A stretch of 64,000 nucleotides of DNA from a bacterium (GTDB lineage: Bacteria; UBA8248; JACPRG01; G963555815): the NCBI GenBank assembly GCA_965218795.1, contig OZ244653.1, positions 256,001 through 320,000 on the forward strand. The letters are read 5' to 3'. Below the pieces are notes generated by a model. The model saw only the letters and a program-made list of their open reading frames with translations. It did not search any database and was not told the DNA's origin. Shown here in pieces: positions 38,346 through 47,879 of this stretch. A program made the translations under genes and the position numbers. Position 1 is the first letter of the stretch. The number at the start of each line of letters is the position of its first letter.

Positions 38346-40349
38346 ATGGGCGATATCGGCTTTTATGCCATTTGGCTGGGCGGGGCCCTGGCCGTTTACT
38401 CCATGATCGCCTCCTTCGCCGGGGGACGGCTGGTGCGTCCTCATTGGGTGGAGAGCGCGAGGAACGGGGTGTACGCCCAGGCCGGGGTCACCAGTATCGC
38501 CGTCCTTTGCATTGAAGTCGGCCTGCTCACCGATGATTTCAGTCTGAACGCCGTCGCGGCCACCAGCAGCCGCAGTCTCCCGTTGTTTTACAAGGTGACT
38601 TCCTTTTGGGGCGGACAGGCCGGCTCTCTCCTGTTTTGGGCTTGGCTCCTCTCCATGTACTCGGCCGTCGCCCTGTACTCCAACCGAAACCGCAACCGGG
38701 AGATCATTCCGTACGTCATCACGACTCTTTCCGCAACGTCGGCCTTTTTCTTCATTCTCCTCACATGTTTCGATAATCCCTTCTCACGCATTTTTCCGGT
38801 CCCGGTCGACGGCCGCGGGCTGAATCCCGTCCTGCAGGACCCCGGCATGGCCTTTCATCCGCCCAACCTGTACCTGGGTTACGTGGGCTGGGCCGTTCCG
38901 TTCGCCTTCGCCATCGGGGCCTTGGTGACGGGCCGCTTGGGGGACGAATGGATCCGGTCCACGCGCCGCTGGTCGCTCATTGCCTGGTGCTTCCTGGGAA
39001 TCGGCAACCTTTTGGGGTCCTGGTGGGCCTATCGCGAGCTGGGTTGGGGCGGATACTGGGGTTGGGACCCGGTCGAGAACGCGGCCATCCTCCCGTGGAT
39101 CACCGGGACGGCCTTCCTTCACTCGGTCATGATTCAGGAAAAGAAGGGAATGCTGAAGGTCTGGAACCTGGTTCTCGTGATCATGACCTTCACGCTGACG
39201 ATTTTCGGCACGTTCATCGTGCGAAGCGGTGTCATCTCCAGCGTGCACGCTTTTGCGCAATCGTCGCTGGGCTATTACTTTGCGGTGTTCCTGGGGCTGG
39301 TGATCGTGTCCAGTCTGGGTCTTTTGTTCTGGCGGCTGGACAAACTGCAGTCCCCGAATCAATTGGAGTCTATGCTTTCCCGGGAGAGCGCCTTCCTGCT
39401 CAATAACCTGATTCTGGTCGGAGCGGCGTTTTCCATCTGGTGGGGAACGGTGTTCCCCCTGGTCTCCGAAGCGGTCACCGGGACGCGAATCACCATCGGC
39501 CCGCCATTTTTCAATCGGGTCAATGTCCCCATTGGTCTCGCCATCATCCTTCTCACCGGGATCGGCCCCCTGATCGCTTGGAGGCGGGCCTCGCCCTCGC
39601 AACTGAAAAAGCACTTCCTGATGCCGCTGGCCATCGGCTTCGGCACGGGCATCGTCCTGTTCGCCTTGGGCATGAGAAACTTCTACGGGCTGCTCTCCTT
39701 CAGTCTGGTCGCCTTTGTTCTCCTGAGCATTTTGGATGAATTTTTCCGGGGAACGCGGGCCCGGCAGCGGATCGCCGAGGAATCCGCGCCTGTGGCCTTG
39801 GTCAATCTCACCCGCCGGAACCCCCGGCGTTACGGCGGGTATGTCGTCCACCTCGGGATGATGGCTATCTTCGCCGGGATCACCGGGTCTTCGGCCTTCC
39901 AGACTCAGGTGGAATCGACCCTCAAGCCCGGCGAGGTGACGCAGGTGAAGGATTATTGGGTCCAGTTCGAGCGTATTGGCTCTCGCGAGGACGCCCACCT
40001 GCGGGCCCAGTCGGCAGACTTGCGGGTTCGTCAAGCCGGGCGGGAGATCGTCATGCTTCACCCCGAGCGGCGGTTGTACCGGAATCCCGAACAGCCCACG
40101 ACAGAGGTGGCCATTCGGTCGACCCTGACCGAAGATCTGTACGTCATCCTGGCGGGGGTGAACGAAAACGGGTCTGCAACCTTCCGGTTCTACGTCAACC
40201 CCCTGGTTTCGTGGATATGGATCGGTGGAGTCATTTTCGTCCTGGGTGCGCTCATCTGCCTGTGGTATGAGCCCTATGAAAAAAGGGCCCGGCCTGCGCC
40301 GTCCGGCCGCACAGTGGAGACTGAGGCCCGGGCCCCGGCGGGCTCATAG
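38346..40349 (+). CDS. ccmF: Heme lyase CcmF
   Basis: WGGQAGSLLFW, GLNPVLQ..HPP, WAYRELGWGGYWGWDPVENA, SVHAFA. Confidence 0.97.
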   Translation: MGDIGFYAIWLGGALAVYSMIASFAGGRLVRPHWVESARNGVYAQAGVTSIAVLCIEVGLLTDDFSLNAVAATSSRSLPLFYKVTSFWGGQAGSLLFWAWLLSMYSAVALYSNRNRNREIIPYVITTLSATSAFFFILLTCFDNPFSRIFPVPVDGRGLNPVLQDPGMAFHPPNLYLGYVGWAVPFAFAIGALVTGRLGDEWIRSTRRWSLIAWCFLGIGNLLGSWWAYRELGWGGYWGWDPVENAAILPWITGTAFLHSVMIQEKKGMLKVWNLVLVIMTFTLTIFGTFIVRSGVISSVHAFAQSSLGYYFAVFLGLVIVSSLGLLFWRLDKLQSPNQLESMLSRESAFLLNNLILVGAAFSIWWGTVFPLVSEAVTGTRITIGPPFFNRVNVPIGLAIILLTGIGPLIAWRRASPSQLKKHFLMPLAIGFGTGIVLFALGMRNFYGLLSFSLVAFVLLSILDEFFRGTRARQRIAEESAPVALVNLTRRNPRRYGGYVVHLGMMAIFAGITGSSAFQTQVESTLKPGEVTQVKDYWVQFERIGSREDAHLRAQSADLRVRQAGREIVMLHPERRLYRNPEQPTTEVAIRSTLTEDLYVILAGVNENGSATFRFYVNPLVSWIWIGGVIFVLGALICLWYEPYEKRARPAPSGRTVETEARAPAGS

Positions 40350-40387
40350 CCCCGTATCCGGCGACCTCGGAGAGGTTTGCGCTTGCC

Positions 40388-40921
40388 ATGAGTTATTGGG
40401 TGATCGGTCTCATGACGGTATGTGCGGTGGCGGCCGTCGTCGTCCCCTATCTGCGGTCGCGCGAAGGGAGCGGGCCAAAGGACGTCCAATGGCGTCTGAA
40501 GGAATTGCTGGCGGCCAAGGATACGATTTACGCTACCCTGAAAGAGCTGGATTTCGACAGGGTTGCAGGGAAGCTCTCCGAGGCCGATTTCCGCCAGTTG
40601 GAATCCCAGTACCGAGACCGGGCGATTGAGGTCTTGCGGGACATCGATCGTCTGAAAGACCCGGCGGAAGGGGCCCCGGAGCTGGATGACGACTTGGCAG
40701 AGGCTCTCGAACGGGAGATCCTGGTTTTGCGGACGGCGACGCGGGCTGGCTTGTCCTCGCCGGATTCGCCCCAGGACCTTGAGGAGGGGGGTGATCCGCC
40801 CGCGCGGAAGGACAAGGATGCGCCGCCGGAGCCTCGGTTTTGCAGTCAGTGCGGGGTTCCCGTAAGCTCAACGAATAATTTCTGCTCTTCCTGCGGTGCC
40901 CGATTGCGCAGGGACGGCTGA
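40388..40921 (+). CDS. Membrane-anchored protein with CcmI-N-like motif and C-terminal zinc ribbon
   Basis: N-terminal TM; LKELDFDRVAGKLSEADF; FCSQCG...FCSSCG. Confidence 0.8.
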   Translation: MSYWVIGLMTVCAVAAVVVPYLRSREGSGPKDVQWRLKELLAAKDTIYATLKELDFDRVAGKLSEADFRQLESQYRDRAIEVLRDIDRLKDPAEGAPELDDDLAEALEREILVLRTATRAGLSSPDSPQDLEEGGDPPARKDKDAPPEPRFCSQCGVPVSSTNNFCSSCGARLRRDG

Positions 40922-40960
40922 CCTCACCCTCTCGCGAATCCCCCATCCGGACGCCCATTC

Positions 40961-42244
40961 TTGATCCAGTTCAATCCGTTGATGCGCCCTTCACTCACCA
41001 CTCTCGCGATCATCCTGAGCGCGATGCTCGCGGCGCATGCCGCCCGCGGCGCTCACCATGAAAAATCCGCTGCTCCTCCCGCCGGGAAACCCGGCTCGAC
41101 CCCTCCAAGCCGTACGGGACCGGCGGAGATTGAGGGGCGGGTAAGGAACGGGACCCGCAGCGGACCCGGTCCCGAAGGTCTTGCAGTACGGCTGATTCAT
41201 CTTGGGGAGGAGGGTGTCCGCCCCCTGGGGGTCACAAAAACCGACGCCGGCGGACGATTCCGATTTTCCAATGTGAAGGTTCCGAAAACGGGCGGGGGCC
41301 ACATCCTGGCCGTCACCCAGTATCAGGGGGTTCCCTATTTCGGGATGGCCCGCGCGGGGGGCAAGAGCAATCCGCTGCTCATTTATGAGGTGGGGGCGGA
41401 TCCGTCCAAAGTGGTTGTCGACAGCCATCAGATTCTCGTCAGGGTGGAAGAGGGGAGGCTGGTGTTCCGCGAAGCCCTCCGAATCGCCAATTCCGGAAAT
41501 ACGACATATGTTCCGAATTCGGGGGGAACGCTTGCGTTCGATCTTCCGAAGGGAGCGGAATTGCTCCAGTCCCCCGAAGGCTTGAATCCGAACTCGGTCA
41601 AGATGACGCTCGGAAAAGTGGTGTCCAGCGAGCCGCTCCCCCCGGGAGCCAAGCAGATCAATCTCATCTACGCCGTCCGCGAGCCGCCCGCCCAGCTTCC
41701 AATGGAAAAGCGGATTCAGTTCCCCACCAAGCGGTTCGAGGTCCTGACCACGGAGTTTGGGATGCGTCAGCCGCTTTCTTCCGATTTGGACTATGACGGG
41801 GTCTTTGGCGAAGACATCGGAGACCGTTTTCATGTCGCCTCAAAGGGGGGTCTGCCTCCCGGAAAACTGATCCGGCTTACGATCAGCCGGGACGTTCAGA
41901 GTTCCTCCGTCGAGACCGCCTTCCTCGCGATTGCCGCTGTGGTTATCGTGGGCCTGTCCCTTCCCTTCTTGATCCGTCGTCGGAGGCTGGCGGGGGCGAA
42001 ACCCGTAAAGGCCGGGCCGAAAGGCGGGTCCGGATCGGCGAAGCCCGCTCCGTCGCCTCCGAAGCTCCGGCCGGAAGAAGATCGGGAGGCCCTGCTCAAG
42101 GAGCGGAGCGAGCTTGTTCGGTCGATCGCTGCGCTCGATGATGAGCTGGAGGCGGGGAAGATTCAGGAATCAGAACATGAGCGGAAGCGGTCCGCTCTAA
42201 AGCTTCGTGCGGTTGAGTTGACGCGAAAGATCGGCAGCCCATGA
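40961..42244 (+). CDS. Exported beta-rich (carboxypeptidase regulatory-like) protein with C-terminal TM and helical tail
   Basis: Signal peptide, IEGRVRNGT, TDAGGRFRF, late TM, LDDELEAGKIQESEH; start uncertain. Confidence 0.7.
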   Translation: MIQFNPLMRPSLTTLAIILSAMLAAHAARGAHHEKSAAPPAGKPGSTPPSRTGPAEIEGRVRNGTRSGPGPEGLAVRLIHLGEEGVRPLGVTKTDAGGRFRFSNVKVPKTGGGHILAVTQYQGVPYFGMARAGGKSNPLLIYEVGADPSKVVVDSHQILVRVEEGRLVFREALRIANSGNTTYVPNSGGTLAFDLPKGAELLQSPEGLNPNSVKMTLGKVVSSEPLPPGAKQINLIYAVREPPAQLPMEKRIQFPTKRFEVLTTEFGMRQPLSSDLDYDGVFGEDIGDRFHVASKGGLPPGKLIRLTISRDVQSSSVETAFLAIAAVVIVGLSLPFLIRRRRLAGAKPVKAGPKGGSGSAKPAPSPPKLRPEEDREALLKERSELVRSIAALDDELEAGKIQESEHERKRSALKLRAVELTRKIGSP

Positions 42245-43056
42245 GTGAATCATCGCTCCCCCCTTCATCCCCCCGCCCTTCTGCGTCCGACGGTGAGGGG
42301 GATGCGCAATACAGGGGGCCGGAGAGGACCCCGCCGGAAAGCCCCCGGCTCGCGGCTGCGGGACTGACGAAACAGTTCGGTCCAATCATTGCTGTGGAGG
42401 ATGTGGACCTTTCCCTTCCGGCGGGCTGTTGCCTTTCGGTCTTCGGACCCAACGGCGCGGGAAAGACGACACTGCTGAAAATGCTCGCCCTCCTGGTTCG
42501 GCCGACCGCGGGGACGATCTGGGTGGAGGGAAAACCCGCCCGCCGGGGGTCGGACAATCCTCACCTCCGCACCCGAATGGGGTTCCTGACGCACCAGCCC
42601 CTGCTTTACGGTCACCTGAGCCCGCTCGAAAATCTGCGTTTTTACGGAAACCTTTATGGGGTCTCGGATTTGCGCGCCCGGGCCGAGCAGATTCTCGACG
42701 ACGTAGGACTGATGCACCGCGCCGGGGATCCCGTTCGGGGGTTTTCGCGAGGGATGCTACAGCGGGTCGCCATCGCCCGCGCCTTGCTGCATCAGCCCGA
42801 CATCCTGTTCCTGGACGAGCCCTTCACCGGATTGGACCGATCCAGCGGTCGGACCTTGGAGGAGACCTTGGGCCGCCTGCGGGCGGAAGGACGCTCCCTG
42901 GTCTTGACAACGCACGATTTCAACCGGGGTCTGGCGGTGTGCGACGAATGGGTGATTCTTCACCGGGGAAGGGTCCGGCATAGCGCCCGCCGGGATCAGA
43001 CGGATACGGACGACCTCCCGGCCCTTTACGAATCGGTGACGGAGGGAGGCTCGTGA
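42241..43056 (+). CDS. ccmA: Heme ABC exporter ATPase CcmA
   Basis: GPNGAGKTT, LENLRFY, FSRGMLQR, LDEPFTGLD; operon context. Confidence 0.9.
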   Translation: MSESSLPPSSPRPSASDGEGDAQYRGPERTPPESPRLAAAGLTKQFGPIIAVEDVDLSLPAGCCLSVFGPNGAGKTTLLKMLALLVRPTAGTIWVEGKPARRGSDNPHLRTRMGFLTHQPLLYGHLSPLENLRFYGNLYGVSDLRARAEQILDDVGLMHRAGDPVRGFSRGMLQRVAIARALLHQPDILFLDEPFTGLDRSSGRTLEETLGRLRAEGRSLVLTTHDFNRGLAVCDEWVILHRGRVRHSARRDQTDTDDLPALYESVTEGGS

Positions 43057-43769
43057 GCGAGCCCGGAGATCATCCGCGCGCAGGCGGCGTTCGCGCCTAT
43101 CTCGTGCAGGCAGGCGCCGTTTTCTGGAAGGACATTCTCTCCGAGTATCGGTCCCGCGAAGTCGTCATCACGATGGTGGCGTTTGCCCTGTTGGTCATCG
43201 TAATCTTCAATTTCGCCTTCGAGGTGGGTGAGCGGTGGAAGGCGTCGGTGGGTTCGGGAATCTTGTGGACGGCCATTCTGTTTTCCTCCGTCCTGGGGAT
43301 GAACCGGACGTTCGCCATGGAAAAGGAGGGCGAGTGTATCCAGGGAATCCTGCTGTCGCCGGCCGACAGGAGTGCCGTCTTCCTCGGCAAGATGGCCGGG
43401 GTTCTGGTTTTCCTGTTGATCGTCGAGGCGGTCAGCCTGCCGGTGTTCGCCGTCTTGTACGACTTCCCGCTGGACGGGATGTTTCTCGGGTTGGGACCGA
43501 CCCTGCTGCTGGCCTCGCTGGGCCTTGCTTCGGTTGGAACCCTTTTTGCGGCGGTGGCCGTGAACACGAAAGCCCGTGAGGTCATGCTTCCCATCCTCTT
43601 GTTCCCCGTGGCGATTCCGGTCATCATCGGGGCGACGGGGGCGACGACAGGGATCCTGGGCGGGGAAGGGCATGCCGAACAGGCGGTCTGGTACCGGTTG
43701 TTGGGTGTGTACGACATGATCTTTCTGGTAATATCCATTTGGGTTGTGGATTACGTTTTAGAGGAATGA
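43053..43769 (+). CDS. ccmB: Heme exporter protein CcmB
   Basis: KDILSEYRSRE, NRTFAMEKE, LPILLFPVAIP. Confidence 0.92.
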   Translation: MSEPGDHPRAGGVRAYLVQAGAVFWKDILSEYRSREVVITMVAFALLVIVIFNFAFEVGERWKASVGSGILWTAILFSSVLGMNRTFAMEKEGECIQGILLSPADRSAVFLGKMAGVLVFLLIVEAVSLPVFAVLYDFPLDGMFLGLGPTLLLASLGLASVGTLFAAVAVNTKAREVMLPILLFPVAIPVIIGATGATTGILGGEGHAEQAVWYRLLGVYDMIFLVISIWVVDYVLEE

Positions 43770-44536
43770 TTGTGTCTTTTGCCAAAGTCAGGGAATCGAA
43801 GAGCCTGGAGGTTCCACTGAAGGATCAGTGGCTGAGCTTTGGGTCCGCGTCCTTCGACGCCTTGAGCATCGCCGGATCGCTGGTCTTGGTGATTGTCGCC
43901 CTGGCCTTCGACCTGTTGATCGCTCCGAACGAGGTTCAGCAGGGCCCGGTTCAGCGGGTTTTCTACATTCACGTTCCTTCCGCCTGGCTCGCGTTTCTGG
44001 CCTTCGGCCTCGTGGCCCTGTTCAGCGTGATCTATCTCGTCACCCGTGGCCGGAAATGGGATGTCTATGCCTGCGGGTGCGCGGAGGTCGGATTCTTGTT
44101 CTGCTCGATCGTCCTGATCACCGGGCCTATCTGGGCAAAGCCGATCTGGGGTGTCTGGTGGTCCTGGGACGCCAGGCTGACGCTCACCCTGATTCTATGG
44201 TTCATCTATTTGGCCTATCTCATGATTCGGGCGCAGGATCTCGAGCCGGAGAAGAAGGCCCGATACTCGGCCGTGCTCGGGATCGTGGGAGCCCTTTCCA
44301 TCCCGATCAACCATTTTTCCGTCGAGTTATGGCGCACGATCCATCCCAAGCCGGTTGTGCTCACCCCTGAAGGTGTCGGGAAAGGGCTGTCGCACCCGAT
44401 GTTCTTGATCGCGTTGGGCCTGACGTTCCTGGCTTTCCTCGTCACGTTCGCGGCTCTGTTACGTCAACGGATCACATTGGAAGCGATCCGGGATCATAGC
44501 CAACAACTGTTGCACCAATTGGAAGACCGGAGGTAA
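43766..44536 (+). CDS. ccmC: Heme exporter protein CcmC
   Basis: FYIHVPSAW, WWD motif WAKPIWGVWWSWDARLT, RTIHP; ATGA overlap with ccmB. Confidence 0.95.
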   Translation: MIVSFAKVRESKSLEVPLKDQWLSFGSASFDALSIAGSLVLVIVALAFDLLIAPNEVQQGPVQRVFYIHVPSAWLAFLAFGLVALFSVIYLVTRGRKWDVYACGCAEVGFLFCSIVLITGPIWAKPIWGVWWSWDARLTLTLILWFIYLAYLMIRAQDLEPEKKARYSAVLGIVGALSIPINHFSVELWRTIHPKPVVLTPEGVGKGLSHPMFLIALGLTFLAFLVTFAALLRQRITLEAIRDHSQQLLHQLEDRR

Positions 44537-44544
44537 GCACCAAA

Positions 44545-44688
44545 ATGAGTTATCTGTTTGCGGCGTATTCAATCGTCTGGATCATTCTGTGCGGGTATGT
44601 ATTTCGGCTGGCCAGAATGAACCGTACGCTGCAGAAGGATGTGACCCGTTTGCAGGAGCGGCTGGCCGCGCGGGACGGCGAGGAATGA
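44545..44688 (+). CDS. ccmD: CcmD family small membrane protein (47 aa, below ORF-track cutoff)
   Basis: MSYLFAAYSIVWIILCGYVFRLARMNRTLQKDV...; GGAGG RBS; directly after ccmC. Confidence 0.88.
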   Translation: MSYLFAAYSIVWIILCGYVFRLARMNRTLQKDVTRLQERLAARDGEE

Positions 44689-45203
44689 ATTGCAAATTCG
44701 GCCTCCGTATGAGACGGATGTGTCGGAATCGGGCCGCCACGGCGGCCTTGGGTCTGTTGATCGCAATCCCGGCCGCGGCGCCGGCTTGGGGAGTGGAGCC
44801 GTCCCCGAACCCGGTGGACGTCGCCAAATCCATTATGAGTCCGGTCTGTCCGGGACGCCTGATCGCCGATTGTCCCAGTCCTGAAGCCGAGCAGCTGCGT
44901 GAAGTCATCCGCCGAAAAGTGGGTGAAGGCGAATCCAAGCAGCAAATCATCGATTATTTCGTTGAGGTGTACGGCCCCGAGGTCCTCCCTACTCCGCCCC
45001 AGAGGGGGTTCTATCTGACCGCCTGGTATCTGCCGATGGCCCTGATCATTTGCGGGGGAGGGATTGTCTTCCTGCTCATTCGGATCTGGTCCAGGAACGG
45101 TGCGGGCGGGGACGCGGAGGAGGCGCTTCCCGGTGATCCGAAGGCACCGGACTACCAGAAATACGCCCGCATCCTGGACAAAGAATTGAAGGATTATGAT
45201 TGA
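44685..45203 (+). CDS. ccmH: CcmH/CcmL-like protein with SxxC in place of CxxC
   Basis: IMSPVCPGRLIADCPSPEAEQLRE, GESKQQIIDYFVEVYGPEVL, C-terminal TM. Confidence 0.85.
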   Translation: MNCKFGLRMRRMCRNRAATAALGLLIAIPAAAPAWGVEPSPNPVDVAKSIMSPVCPGRLIADCPSPEAEQLREVIRRKVGEGESKQQIIDYFVEVYGPEVLPTPPQRGFYLTAWYLPMALIICGGGIVFLLIRIWSRNGAGGDAEEALPGDPKAPDYQKYARILDKELKDYD

Positions 45204-45242
45204 TGGGGGATGCCGGCCCAGCGAGACTTCATTCCAATGGAC

Positions 45243-45285
45243 AAAAAAAGGGCGCGGTCCTCAGAACCGTGCCCTTTTCGTTTTT
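45243..45285. terminator. Bidirectional Rho-independent terminator
   Basis: AAAAAAAGGGCGCGGT-cctcaga-ACCGTGCCCTTTTCGTTTTT between convergent ccmH and coxG-like genes. Confidence 0.8.
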
Positions 45286-45308
45286 GCCGCCCGGACTCGT
45301 CGGTGAGA

Positions 45309-45755
45309 TCAGCCGACGAGCTGGCTCTTCAGGTTGTCCCCGAACTCCACCCACATTTTATCCGCCTTGCCTTTGATGATGCTGTGGCCGAACGTCCCGA
45401 GCTTCCCGAAGACGTTGACGTCCGTGGTGGCGCTGAGCTCCGTCTGTTTCTCCCCGATCTCCTTGAGATTGAGCACCGTCACCGTCTTGAGGCTGCTCGT
45501 CATCCCGGCCTCGTCGCCCGATCCTTCGGATCGCATATATGTCGGTTCATTCTTCTCGACGATTCCCAGCTTGACCTTGAAGCGCGCCTTGATGAACCCG
45601 ACTTTGGCCATGAGATCCACGATGTAGTTGTCTTCGTCGACCTTTTCCACATTCTCGACACCAGGCACGCAGGCGGCCACCTTGGAGGCGTCCAGGAGGA
45701 AGTCCCAGGTTTCCTGAATCGGGGCATCGATCATGATGGTATTCGAAATTTGCAT
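45309..45755 (-). CDS. CoxG/SRPBCC family protein
   Basis: WDFLLDASKVAACVPG, VNVFGKLGTFG; AGGAG RBS before ATG 45755. Confidence 0.88.
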   Translation of the reverse strand: MQISNTIMIDAPIQETWDFLLDASKVAACVPGVENVEKVDEDNYIVDLMAKVGFIKARFKVKLGIVEKNEPTYMRSEGSGDEAGMTSSLKTVTVLNLKEIGEKQTELSATTDVNVFGKLGTFGHSIIKGKADKMWVEFGDNLKSQLVG

Positions 45756-45935
45756 TTTGGCGACTCCTGCTAAGGGCTTATCCGCCGGCTGGTTGAGCGT
45801 TACCCGTGGGCCGGGATTCGCACCGGCGGCGGGGTGAGGTTTTCGGGCACTCCAGGTTGTTAGGGGATTGGACCATTTACGCACCATCCCGCTAAGCAGG
45901 ACTGGCGCGACCTCATCCTTATCGGACGTAAAATA

Positions 45936-45964
45936 AGAATAGTTCAGGCGCGCGAATCTGTCAA
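45936..45964 (-). promoter_or_regulatory. Putative sigma70 promoter for the coxG-like gene
   Basis: TTGACA-17 nt-TATTCT on the minus strand. Confidence 0.55.
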
Positions 45965-46272
45965 TGGGGAGGCATTGCGCCTCTGCGGTTTCGCGGCGCC
46001 CATCGGACACAGCAGCCCGGCTGCAAAAAAGTCAGACTCATCCGGCGTCGGCGCCCGGAATGTCCTCCCAGAACCCGGCACCCGAAAACAGGGGACGATC
46101 CAGGAGCGGGGAGCCGGAACTTTCTTCAACGGACTTGCTGAGCCTGTGGGAGAAGGTTAAATTACTGGGCGGGTATTCGGGGCCTCTCTTCCGGGAGGAG
46201 GGTCAGACACTTCGACACCCGAGAGATCTTGCCGGGTGGGGACATGATTCGCGTTTCTGGAGGACACTCGAG

Positions 46273-46599
46273 ATGTCGGAAAACATGATGACTTTCACGG
46301 ATGACGAGTTCGACGCCCAGGTTGTGAATTCCGACATCCTCACCATGGTCGATTTCTGGGCCGATTGGTGCGCGCCCTGCAAAATGATTGCCCCCGCGGT
46401 CGAGGCCCTCGCGGATGAAAACGCCGGACGGCTGAAAGTCGGCAAACTGAATGTCGATGAACAGCCTAAAACCGCATCTCGATTCGGCATCCGAGGCATT
46501 CCCACGTTGCTTCTGTTCAAGGGCGGGGAAGTGGTCGAGCAGATTGTCGGCGTGCGGTCCAAGAAAGACATTCAAAAGATGATCGACAAGAATATTTAA
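46273..46599 (+). CDS. trxA: Thioredoxin
   Basis: VDFWADWCAPCKMIAP, GIPTLLLFK; GGAGG RBS. Confidence 0.96.
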   Translation: MSENMMTFTDDEFDAQVVNSDILTMVDFWADWCAPCKMIAPAVEALADENAGRLKVGKLNVDEQPKTASRFGIRGIPTLLLFKGGEVVEQIVGVRSKKDIQKMIDKNI

Positions 46600-46830
46600 T
46601 CCGGCCGGTCCCGGGCCGGCGATCGGTCGAAGTCCTTTCATGATCGGGATCAGGCCGAAGGCTTTGACGAAGCGCTTTTCGCTTGGGAAACGGTTAGCGT
46701 CCTTTTGCACAAGTCCAGTCGCAATATCGCCGATACATCGATCAAGTGGCGGCTTGATGACCGCATCGTCAATCCGCGTGAATGAGGGGCGTCTGGACTC
46801 TTGAAAAAAATTCCGAAAATATTGGCCGTC

Positions 46831-47053
46831 GAGGATTTGCGAAGAGCTTTACCCCTTCTTCACGACGAAGGGGACCAGAAGCGCGGGGCGCGGGCTGAGG
46901 ACCGTATATCACGCTATGGAAAATTTCGGCGGGCGCGTTGACGGCTTGAGTGAACTGGACAAAGGGGCCGGGTTCATTCTGACTTTCCCGGTCTTCCAGC
47001 CAGAAGAACAAGCGGTCCCGGAAGAACCGGCACCCATCCACCATGCCGCCTGA
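46831..47053 (+). pseudogene. C-terminal remnant of a sensor histidine kinase (HATPase_c)
   Basis: EDLRRA, frameshift, PFFTTKGTRSAGRGLRTVYHAMENFGGRVDGLSELDKGAGFILTFP...*. Confidence 0.75.
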
Positions 47054-47879
47054 AAACGCCGGACCGGCTCTGCCCGACGGTCTACGGGTTCTCTCCTTCA
47101 CGAGCCCCTCGGATAGCCTCTCCCGGAGCGTCAACGCCTACTTGATCGAAGGGGATTCCCCCCTCCTTATCGACAGCGGTTTCGAGCATGCGGAACTGAA
47201 TATCTCGGGTCTGTTGCGCGATGAGGCGCTCCGGGACGGCCGCCTCCTCCTGACGCACCTTCATCGTGACCACGCGGGCGGTGTCCTTGCGGCTTCGGCA
47301 TGCGGCTTCGCGGTTGAGTTTCATCCATTGGAAATCGATCTGTATGGAGACCGGGTGGCCGGTCTGGGCCCGGTGCGGCATCTGGAAGACGGCGAGACGC
47401 TGAATTTGCCGTTCGGCCGCTTGACCGCCCTCCATACGCCGGGGCATTCGCCGGGCCATCTGTGCTTCCATTGGGAGGAAGAGGGGATCCTCTTCTCCGG
47501 CGACCTGATCACCGGAGAGCCTTCGAGTTGGGTGGGTCCGCCGGACGGGAACATGACCGAATACCTGGATTCGCTCCGCAGGGTAGCGCGTCTGCCGGTC
47601 CGGTTGATCCTCTCCGGGCACGGGAAGCCCGTGGAAAAACATCCCGAGGCGATCCAGGCTTACATTCAGCGGAGGCTCGATCGGGAGGCCGAAGTCCTCG
47701 GTTTCCTCGGGGGCGGTCCGCTCGGCATCCCCGATTTGACCCAGCGCCTCTATCGCAGCCGTGGGCTGTCGCCACGGATGATGGGATTCGCCGAGAAAAC
47801 GGTCGAAGCCCATCTCATCAAGCTGATCGGTGAGGGCCGGGCGCGCCGGTCCGGCGAGGGGCTGTACTCACTCCCCTGA
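47043..47879 (+). CDS. MBL-fold metallohydrolase (LACTB2-like)
   Basis: THLHRDHAGG, HTPGHSPGH, FSGD, SGHG, C-terminal winged helix (EAHLIKL). Confidence 0.9.
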   Translation: MPPENAGPALPDGLRVLSFTSPSDSLSRSVNAYLIEGDSPLLIDSGFEHAELNISGLLRDEALRDGRLLLTHLHRDHAGGVLAASACGFAVEFHPLEIDLYGDRVAGLGPVRHLEDGETLNLPFGRLTALHTPGHSPGHLCFHWEEEGILFSGDLITGEPSSWVGPPDGNMTEYLDSLRRVARLPVRLILSGHGKPVEKHPEAIQAYIQRRLDREAEVLGFLGGGPLGIPDLTQRLYRSRGLSPRMMGFAEKTVEAHLIKLIGEGRARRSGEGLYSLP

